In this document: one piece after another, positions 23,088 to 31,760 of the stretch
Layout: each line of letters opens with the position of its first letter
Numbering within the stretch: position 1 is the first letter of the stretch
Source of the DNA: Adineta steineri
Lineage: Eukaryota
Direction: 5' to 3'
Assembly (NCBI GenBank): GCA_905250115.1
Contig: CAJNOI010000030.1
Span: 120,563-152,322, forward strand
Length of the DNA stretch: 31,760 nt
Made by a program: the position numbers and the translations under genes
Notes under the pieces: model-generated
The model's database searches: none
What the model was told of the DNA's origin: nothing
What the model saw: only the letters and a program-made list of their open reading frames with translations

Positions 23088-24399
23088 TACTAAATTATTT
23101 GAATTTCCAGCTCTTTTTTCAATATCACGTGCTTCATTATAAAGTATAACACCAAATATAACCGTTAATGTACCAAAACCACTAAGAAATGTCACCGGAT
23201 TATGAAAAATAAGGACCGATAACCATATTAATAAGGCTCGTTTAACAGTATTGGCAACACTAAAATTATTAAAAATTTATTCTTTAAAATACTGTTCGTA
23301 TAATTTCTATAAGATTAAAGTATGAACTATTGACTTACATTGTCAATAAAAGCATACTATATCACATCTAGATCAATCGTATTCAATCATCTAGATGTTT
23401 ATGAGAATGAAACTAAATTTCTATTTTTACCTATGCGTTATTGGAGATATATAAGCCATAACAGCATAAGCAGCAACAGATTGTATATGATATGATATAC
23501 CATTAAAAATATATAAAAGTGCAAGTGTCATAGAAGTAGAATGTAACGCTGATAAAATATGAACATTGTAGCAAAGAATTGGAAATTGAAAAATAGATGC
23601 AACAAGACTTGCCCAAAATTGTAATTCAACAGCTGTATAACGATAACGATCGCCACTTATTAATACTTTTGAATAAACATTTTGTAAACTTAATAGAAAA
23701 ATAAGTTTTATTAATTTTTTATTATATAAATATATTTATTTACCATTCAAAAATATTTGTTCCTAAAGCACATAAAAATCCAAATGAATTAAAACTTAAT
23801 TCAAATGAACTACATAAACCAAGGCCAATTGTTATTGGTACCATTGAAAATTTTGTCCATATACCTGTTTTTTCTCCTAATATAATTCGACTTATAATAA
23901 CGGTAAACAATGGTGATGAAGATTTAATTGTCGCAACAAAAGAAACAGCTATATATTTAAGAGCTACTAAACCTAAAACTACCGTAAGGCAACGAAATGC
24001 ACCAATAAATATCATGTCTTGAAAAATTGTTTTTAAAGTCGATGGATTTTTATGTACTTGTGTAGATATTCGATTCAATATTTGCATATGTACATAACTT
24101 GCTGCAATCGATAAAAGAAGTTGATTCATTCCTTGAATAGAAAAACAAAAAAAGAATAGATTTTTATTGAATAACAAAGGTTATTATTTAATACCTAATG
24201 AAAAAGCATCACCATTAAAGCTACTCAAAATGTATTTATTTGAGAAGAGTGTGGCAGCTGATGAAACATACCAGATAATTAATGCTGCAATTGCCATGGA
24301 ATTATGTAAACCTTGAGGAACATCGAGACGAAGTCGTTCAGGTGATAGTAAGACATTTGGCGTTTCAGAAACAACATCATTTAAACTCATTGATGGCAT
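23028..24399 (-). CDS. SLC35E1-like nucleotide-sugar / triose-phosphate-translocator family transporter; 4 exons, 360 aa
   Basis: Minus-strand exons: 24195-24399 (ATG at 24397-24399), 23744-24131, 23431-23688 and 23028-23259. All are GT-AG and sum to 1083 nt = 361 codons. It is a multi-pass membrane protein. Its C-terminal half aligns with SLC35E1: [21 protein letters not shown]...[65 protein letters not shown] versus SLC35E1 [21 protein letters not shown]...[65 protein letters not shown]. The cytoplasmic C-terminal tail carries a poly-Asn run encoded by (AAT)9. Confidence 0.85.
23061..23088. repeat. (ATT)9 / (AAT)9 trinucleotide microsatellite inside the SLC35E1-like last exon, encoding a poly-Asn run
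   Basis: Direct reading: attattattattattattattattatt on the + strand equals (AAT)n on the coding minus strand, translated as NNNNNNNNNN near the C-terminus. Confidence 0.9.
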
Positions 24400-24609
24400 T
24401 TAAATAAAGTTCATATTTAGCTTTTTTTTTTTGTTTTTTAGAAAAGAAAAATTTGAAGAGAAAATTAGCAAATCGTACGATTGATTGTGAATACGTAATA
24501 GGATAGAATTCTATTGGTTAATAATATTGATCAATCATTTCAAATGTCAAAGATGGTGTTAAGAATGTTAAATGAGTCAAATTTAGAACTTAATTATTAG
24601 TAAATAAAT
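24400..24609. promoter_or_regulatory. Putative bidirectional promoter shared by the head-to-head SLC35E1-like (-) and sulfite oxidase (+) genes
   Basis: Only about 210 bp separate the two divergent start codons (24399 on the minus strand, 24610 on the plus strand). The interval contains an inverted CCAAT box (ctATTGGttaat, about 24513-24524) and AT-rich stretches. No TATA element is securely identifiable. This is an inference from gene arrangement. Confidence 0.4.
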
Positions 24610-27600
24610 ATGAGATCACGGTTAACTTCGATTTTTCGTCAAAAATCAACATCGCAATTCCTTACTGTGGGTTTAACAGGTGGATTAATTGCAGGTAGAA
24701 TAATAATAAAAAAAAATCTAATCATAAGTTTATTACGTTCGAATTATTTTCTAAGGTTATTTATTTTCCAAACATAAACCAATTGTTCATGCAGAAAGTA
24801 AAACATCTATTATTATTGGTGAACGAAAACCGGCATTGCCAACTTTTAGCATGACTGAAGTTGCTAAACATACAACCAAAGAAAATGGTATGATCATAAA
24901 AATCTTCAAATGATTTATTCTTAATCATAAAATGTAAATTTTAGGTTATTGGTTAGCGTATAAAGATGGAGTATATGATGTTAGTTCATTTGTTGAAAAT
25001 CATCCAGGTGGTAAACAAATTCTTAAAACTGCTGGTAAAGCTTTAGAAGCATGTTGGAAAGTTTTTACAATTCATCAAATTGATCATGTATATGAAATCT
25101 TAGAAGAATATCGAATAGGAAATTTACCGCCAGGTATAATTGTTTTATAAATAATTATCATTTGAAAATTTTGTTTTTTTTGCAGGTGAAAGAGAAGCGA
25201 ATGCAAAAGCTCAAGAAGAAGTTCTTGATTTATTTCAATATGATCCTGAACGAATAAATGCTAATGAAAATTTTTTTATTCGTTCAGAGAGACCATACAA
25301 TGCTGAAACAAAACCTTCTATTCTTGTTTCATCATTTATTACACCGGTGGAAAATTTTTATGTACGAAATCATATGCATGTACCATTTGTTAATATTAAT
25401 GAATATAAATTAGAAATTGGAAATGAAAAATCAGCCTATTCACTTTCATATGATGATTTAAAAGATAAATATCAATCATATACAATAACATCAGCTATAC
25501 AATGTTCTGGTAATCGTCGTAGTGCTATGAATAATGAAGAACAAGGTACAGTACAAGGTACACCATGGTATGTTGGTGCTATTGGAAATGGTACATGGAC
25601 AGGTGTAAAATTACGTGATGTTTTGGAATCATTTGGATTTGATAAAGAAGGAAAACATGTGCAATTTATTGGACTTGATTGTGATACATCACAAAGGTAA
25701 AATCTTTGTATTTTCTTACAAAAGTATAAAAAAACGAATGGAAATGAAAACATATATCTATGTTTATAGTATACATAATATTAATAGCATTTTTAATGTT
25801 TACAGAACTATATTGAATAAGAATCGTCCACTTCAGATTAATGATCCATGCGGCTTGCTAAAACATAGTGAAAATTCCTTCGATAATAGTATTAATGAAC
25901 ATTTATTCTTTAAAAGTAACCTATTCAAAAAATAGTAAATATATGTTGACTCGAGAAATAGTCTGACTGTTTTAGAAGCAGTAAAATCTCTTATTTGAGT
26001 ATATAAGCTGTTTTTTTTTCATTTACAGATGTTATGGTGCATCCATTCCAATTGAAAAAGCACTTAGTGATGATGTTTTAATTGCTTATAAAATGAATGA
26101 TGAAGTGTTAACAACTGATCATGGATATCCATTACGTATAGTTGTTCCCGGTACAGTTGGAGCACGTAGTGTTAAATGGGTAAATCGAATAGTTGTTTCG
26201 GACAAAGAATCTGATAGTCATTGGCAAAAAGCGGATTATAAAGTTCTTCCATCATCTATAAAACAACCGCAACAAGTTGATTATGATCGTGAACCTGCAT
26301 TACAAGAATTTAATGTTCAATCTGCTATTTGTTATCCTGCATCGAGTGAAGATGGAAATAAAGTTAAAATTTTATCAATCAAACCAAATGATGAAGATAT
26401 TAAAAATCAAAAACTTACAATTAAAGGTTATGCTGTAAGTGGAGGTGGAAGACAAATACAAAATGTACAAATCAGTATTGATCATGGGTAAGTTAGTATT
26501 ATAAATTCTTTTCCTTACAATACAAAAGGAATTTTAATTATATGACAAGGCAATTTTTCATGAATAACTTAAATCACATGAGAAGACTATCTTGACGAAC
26601 AGATTTATATACATAGAGATCAATATGACTTTGGTAGATAATACTATATTGAGAAATAATCACAATTAGTTAATAAAATCATGATTATTTCGTATCAAAA
26701 CCATAGAATTACTAAAAACGTTTCCTTTGCGGTCTGCCATATGATTATAATCATTTTAATTTGTCATCTTTTGACTTCCTTCTATTATCTATTTTTAGTC
26801 GGTGATGTGCCCGTACCTTTTAAGTATAGAGCGAGTGTCAAAATTATAAACAAATTGATTAATATATAAAAAATTATCCAGTTCAAATTATTTGATTCGC
26901 TAGTAAAGCTTCTACCATTTCATATCTAAATATAAAATTAATTATCTATACATAATCTCTAGTTTTAATCATTTTGATGCAGTTACAAATAAATAGGATC
27001 TACTGTATTTAACTATAAGACTGTTTTGACTATAAATAAATCAGATTCCTTTTTCTTATTCAAGAACGCATTTAAACTCGCATTCTGGAGGGCAAAAATA
27101 TACTTTATTTCTTTTCAACTACGTAGTTGGATCATGTATATTTTTGCTTTTATGTTTGTTTTAAAGATAATATTTACAAGGTCTTGTTTAATCCTAATAA
27201 AATCTCTTCAGTAGTGCATAATTAATCCTCTTTTATACTGAAAAACAATGTCCTTTAAATAGCTGCAAGTTATTAACAGTTCACAAGTTCCTGAAAAAAA
27301 AACTTTAATATTTATTTTAAAAACTTCTTTTAGAAAAACATGGTTTCAAACTGAACTTGAACAACTTGCACAACCATATATGGGTGCATATGCATGGACG
27401 TTATGGACTTATCGTATTCCCTTGAATGATTTACCTTCCAAACCATTTGATGTGATGTGCCGTGCTATGGATACACATGCTAATTCTCAACCTGATACTC
27501 CATTAGGCATATGGAATATACGTGGTGTTATGAATAATTCTTGGCATAAAATAACTTTACAAATTGATCAAAATTTTCCGAAAAGCAAAAATCAAAATCG

Positions 27601-27610
27601 CACCGATTAA
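24610..27610 (+). CDS. SUOX: Sulfite oxidase (mitochondrial; cytochrome b5 heme domain + Moco-binding domain + dimerisation domain); 6 exons, 550 aa
   Basis: Exons 24610-24694, 24756-24887, 24945-25133, 25186-25696, 26029-26487 and 27334-27610. All are GT-AG and sum to 1653 nt = 551 codons. The N-terminus MRSRLTSIFRQKSTSQFLT resembles a mitochondrial presequence. The cyt-b5 domain is GYWLAYKDGVYDVSSFVENHPGG...IHQIDHVYEILEEYRIGNL. The Moco domain is ...SAIQCSGNRRSAMNNEEQGTVQGTPWYVGAIGNGTWTGVKLRDVL...YGASIPIEKALSDDVLIAYKMNDEVLTTDHGYPLRIVVPGTVGARSVKWVNRIVVSDKESDSHWQKADYK (human SUOX ...LQCAGNRRSEM...[72 protein letters not shown]). The C-terminal dimerisation domain is ...TIKGYAVSGGGRQIQNV...PDTPLGIWNIRGVMNNSWHKI. 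Intron 5 (26488-27333) is unusually long, about 846 bp. Confidence 0.9.
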
Positions 27611-30074
27611 TGCTTATAGTATTTAAATTTTTCTAAAATGCTTGATAATGGGCTTGTTTTTCTTCCATGTGATTCTATTTTCGTTGATTTTTTTTTCTAT
27701 AAAAATTATAGGGATAGATTGATAAATTATTATTTAATTAAATGGGTTTATAGATTTAATTATAAAAAAGTCTTTTATACTTCACGATTATTTTTTAATA
27801 TGAAAGTTTAACAAAACACACAAAATAATCACCTTGGGTCAATTTTAAAGTATTTTGTCATATTTTAATAATAATAAATGAAAACACAATGTCAAGTACT
27901 CAAAGGGAAATTTCTGGGTCAGATTTTTTCCATCGTCATACATAAATATTCATGCTTTCCCTATTTATAAATATATAAAGTGATACTCTGCTAATTATAC
28001 TATTTAGAATCTAATAAGTGAAAAACTTGTTATGTATTCATTGGATGGATGAAAAAGAAATTTATTGCTTCATTGAAATGATACAATGTATGTCATTAGA
28101 TAGACAATTTAACCTACATCTTGTCATAACTAGAGTATAGATCATAATTAAAAACGACAACGATAACATATGCATTCTTCAATTTCTGTCATACCAGAAG
28201 ATACATTAACGTCGCAATCTCAAATTTATTATGTCAAACTGACATAAAAAAAGGTTTGATTTTAGCTAATCTGTATTGAACACAAAATATATTGTTTTTC
28301 AATAGATAGATTTGATCAAAAGATTAGACATCATAGATTAACAATTATTAATATAATTCGATACATTATAATCTTGAATTACATATATATATTATATATC
28401 ATTTAATAGAAAATCTATTCGAATAACACAATAAAATGGGAACTTTTTTTACGTCATATATGATGAAAATTACATTGAAGATATTCATATTTAATATAAA
28501 TAAATTAATAGTCGAAAAATGAAAGAAAGAAAGAACGTAAATCGATATGATGAAGTGCCCACCTTCATTGAATATTGCATGTTTCTATTCAAGAATTTAT
28601 AAACATGCAAAATATAGAAGATAACATTTATTATTTTATTATCAATAGAAATAATACAAAAAAAAAGAATCTATATCAAATTTTCATAGTTGAATATAAT
28701 AAATATATGATTAAGATGTTTTATTAGCACTTAAATGATAGAAGAAAGTAAATGTCCTCTTCTTTTTTTTTTATATAAAATATTATGACATTGAGCTTCA
28801 TTTTTTCTGTTTAACAAAAGTAAATATGATAAAAGTCATAGAATTTTAATAATAGACAGAGTTCTAATTAACACATAAATGTCAAACCTGTTGAATGTTC
28901 CTAGAAAAAGAATTTAATATTCGGATGCGGACAAATTTCCTCTCTGGCTTTTATTTTATTATCAAATTTCTATTGAAAAGTTTCTCTTTTAATTATATAA
29001 AGTATTAAAAAAAAACGAGTCTCTCTCTATCGTTAACTTCTATGATTATTATATATAAGCTTCTTAAAACTATATTGTTAGAAGTTCATATAGGCGCTTA
29101 TTTATTTCAATTTGAACTTAGTTTTATCTCGTTAATTTAGTTATATATGTAATTAACTTTTGATCATGTAAATAATTAGTGTTTTGTTTCTACTAAACAG
29201 TTCATCGCATTAATTTTCTAATAATATAGGACAACATATATTTCGAAACGTCAGTATTTGTAATTATATAAATTATACATTGAGTAAACTAGTTGTACTT
29301 ATGTTTTCTTGGCCTTATGTTTATTATCTGTCATAATCAAACATCCTCAGCGGAAATCATGTCTAAAATACTCGAAGCATAGATGATATTTATCTAGGTT
29401 TTTGTTAATACTTATAATGTTAAGTTCTTAATTGAAAATTATAAATTTATATATGTTGTCAAAAGAAAAGTAATACATTGCAGATAATAAGAACTATATA
29501 ACCTGATGAAATATGAACTCATTTTTTTTATATAGTCTCTTTTTTTTTAAATTATTTCATAGACGTTTTATATTCAGCTAGACAGGACTAGTTATAATTT
29601 ATCGACGTTTTAGTAGTGTACTCGAAGACATTTTCAATTTGCGTTTTTGTTTTTGTTATATTTAATATTCAAGACATCATGTGCTTATTTGAATAACATA
29701 CTGATATAGCAGTTCGCGTAATTCATTATATGCATAGAATATTATGAAATATTTTACAGTTTGACACCTCATAGTGTTGTAATCATATAAAGGTACGTTT
29801 AGCTATCATTACGTGGTGCAAAGTATGTAATTAGTTCTTTCAGTCATTGGCTACATATTTAATACCTTTTGCCAAAGAGAAACAAAAATAGAGTTGAATA
29901 AAGAAACATTCTTTTTTATTATTCATAAATGTAAAAAATAATAAGTTTTTCATATAGTGCATTTCTATTCTACGTAAAATAAGGATCGGAAATAATGTTT
30001 CGAATAAAGAAAATAGATTTTATTTTGTTTTGTTTATTAGACTAAAATAATATTTATATTTTCAGATTGTTATA

Positions 30075-31262
30075 ATGCATTCGTTTATAAATCTAACATT
30101 AAATGATTCAAATCTAACTTCACATTTGAATAAATTAACACATGATTTTAATCTTTTAAATTTTTTCTTTAATCATATTTATTTATTATTATTAGTTATA
30201 ATTGGATGTATTGGTAATAGTTTTGTTATTATTGTTTTTGGTCAAAGAGCATTACGTACAACAATTGGATCTATTGGTTCAAATATGTCTGTCTATCCAT
30301 TTTTATTCTATATGGCTATATCTGATACAATATATTTATCGATTTTATTTTGTTTATGGTTATCAAATTATATAAATATTCTTCATCGTCCAATTATTTG
30401 TCAATTAACATTATATTTAACATATGTATGTAATTTTATTAATGCTTATTATACAGTATCATTTACTGCTCAACGTTTATTTGCTGTTGTACAACCATTT
30501 CGTGTATCACTTGTTCTTTCATGGTATCGATCAAAATGTTTAGCATTATGTATAATTATATTTGCTTGTTTAATTTATTCATATTTACCATTTCTTGTTG
30601 GTATTGTTAATGGTCAATGTTATTCATTAGAACATTTACGTTGGATAAATAAATTAATGGATATTATCGATTGTATTATTGTATTTCTTATACCATATAT
30701 AATGATAATAACAATGAATACAATTATTTTAATATCATTAAGACGTATGAAACATATTCAACATGAATATTTATTTCAAAATAATTCACAATTAAATAAA
30801 ATACGTGAAATAACACGTCGTAATGCATCACGTAAAATGACAAAATTATTATTAACTGTTTCAACATCATATTTAATTGTTTGTGGACCTTATGCTTGTA
30901 TTCATACATGGCGTTTATTATATAATGATGAAAAATTTCAAACAAAATTACTTCGACAATTAGAATATTATTTTCATTTAATTTATCATATATCATTTGC
31001 AATGAATTTTTATATCTATATTGTATTTGGTTCAAAATTTCGACATGAATTAAAACGTTTTCTTAATAAATGTCAAATTAATTTTAATCATTGTTTTCAA
31101 AATGATAGTTTTGATGAACAAGATACATCAACAAATCAAAATAATTCATCAACATTTGAACAATTTCAATTAATCAATCAAAATACATTATGTCCAACAT
31201 TAACAACAGCTGGTTTCACATTTCAATATAAATGGAAACATCCCAAAGGATCATACATATGA
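30075..31262 (+). CDS. Rhodopsin-like (class A) seven-transmembrane G-protein-coupled receptor, intronless, 395 aa, with divergent signature motifs
   Basis: A single 1188-nt ORF begins with ATG. There are seven hydrophobic segments and three N-terminal N-glycosylation sequons (NLT, NDS, NLT). Class-A landmarks are present in altered form: GNSFVIIVF in TM1, ISDTIYLS in TM2 (the LAxxD position), AQRLFAV where DRY is expected at the end of TM3, a basic ICL3, and NFYIYIVFGSKFR in TM7 where NPxxY is expected. No closer family assignment is possible by eye. Confidence 0.7.
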   Translation: MHSFINLTLNDSNLTSHLNKLTHDFNLLNFFFNHIYLLLLVIIGCIGNSFVIIVFGQRALRTTIGSIGSNMSVYPFLFYMAISDTIYLSILFCLWLSNYINILHRPIICQLTLYLTYVCNFINAYYTVSFTAQRLFAVVQPFRVSLVLSWYRSKCLALCIIIFACLIYSYLPFLVGIVNGQCYSLEHLRWINKLMDIIDCIIVFLIPYIMIITMNTIILISLRRMKHIQHEYLFQNNSQLNKIREITRRNASRKMTKLLLTVSTSYLIVCGPYACIHTWRLLYNDEKFQTKLLRQLEYYFHLIYHISFAMNFYIYIVFGSKFRHELKRFLNKCQINFNHCFQNDSFDEQDTSTNQNNSSTFEQFQLINQNTLCPTLTTAGFTFQYKWKHPKGSYI

Positions 31263-31760
31263 ACATAGAAATAATCATTTTCTCTTTTATATATATATAT
31301 ATATACGTTCGTTATTAATTTTAAAATTGAATAAAGAAATTTGAAACCCAAAACATAAATCTTATCTAATCAATAGATGATACATATACTAGGTCAATCG
31401 AATCATTCACTTGAGTAAAAAGAGAAGATGCGTTTTTCATCCAGTGCTGTATGTAAGTAAAAAATTCTCTTAGTATATTTGAAAGAATTGAAGATCCATG
31501 TCTCGAACTATAATAATATTCTCGACGAAGATAATTTTGTCTCTTCTCAAATAAATGCATTGCATATTACTTATGTAGATTTAAAGAATTGAAAAGATTT
31601 CCTTGATTTATGAAGAATACAAGTTTCATCTTTAATATTCTTTGACTTATCTCTTCTATATAGTTATCTCTTCGTTATACACCTACGAGTCAGGCACTCT
31701 CAGTTTTTTATTTATCTTCAAACGAATAAGAAAAAACGACACCCTCCTACGAAAAAAAAA

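Noticed and set aside
25700-26028. Possible C/D-box snoRNA in SUOX intron 4 (aatgatcc ... ctga, with the GC-richer stretch ccatgcggcttgc)
   Set aside because: The C box is not the canonical RUGAUGA. I could not pair a convincing terminal stem or find D'/C' boxes. The evidence is too weak without a covariance-model search.
26681-27214. Two 62-aa ORFs inside SUOX intron 5
   Set aside because: They are AT-rich chance ORFs with hydrophobic/low-complexity peptides and no splice-compatible context. The real exon 6 begins at 27334.
30724-31035. 103-aa ORF antisense to the GPCR
   Set aside because: It is an antisense shadow of the GPCR coding sequence. It has Ile/Tyr/Asn-rich junk composition.
1-31760. 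Prokaryotic-style features (operons, RBS, CRISPR, rho-independent terminators)
   Set aside because: The sequence is clearly eukaryotic nuclear DNA, with spliced multi-exon genes and GT-AG introns, so these feature classes do not apply.

Overview
This 31.8-kb window is AT-rich (about 70% AT), compact eukaryotic nuclear DNA. It contains no prokaryotic operons, CRISPR arrays, rRNA or tRNA genes. Genes carry many short GT-AG introns (mostly about 50-65 bp, rarely about 0.8 kb), codons end mostly in A/T, and TAA, TAG and TGA act as stops. This suits a small-intron invertebrate genome such as a rotifer, but the organism cannot be assigned from the sequence alone. I reconstructed eight protein-coding genes by comparing six-frame translations with well-known protein families and by locating GT/AG splice sites. 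Nearly all exon boundaries give in-frame, multiple-of-3 CDS totals. The genes are: (1) a KDM2/JHDM1-like JmjC histone demethylase on the minus strand (3935-5001, partial); (2) an exostosin/GT47-domain glycosyltransferase (7289-8562); (3) a SUN-domain nuclear-envelope protein (8786-12109, 9 exons, 638 aa); (4) a major vault protein (13021-16093, 8 exons, 888 aa); (5) a second, diverged major vault protein paralog on the opposite strand (17221-20467, 14 exons, 840 aa), tail-to-tail with the first; (6) an SLC35E1-like transporter on the minus strand (23028-24399, 4 exons, 360 aa); (7) sulfite oxidase (24610-27610, 6 exons, 550 aa), head-to-head with the transporter across about 210 bp; and (8) an intronless divergent rhodopsin-like GPCR (30075-31262, 395 aa). 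The most interesting structure is the convergent MVP paralog pair. Overall the two copies are clearly diverged and their intron positions disagree, yet a 91-nt tract spanning an exon-intron junction is 90/91 identical between them. This looks like a gene-conversion footprint between inverted paralogs. Non-coding features include a 250-bp MITE-like foldback with 54-bp terminal inverted repeats (5164-5415), a smaller inverted-repeat element (3700-3895), several microsatellites including a coding (AAT)9 poly-Asn tract, and two GC-rich islands in otherwise AT-rich intergenic DNA. Coordinates for exon ends that are not anchored by the supplied ORF track may be off by 1-2 nt.
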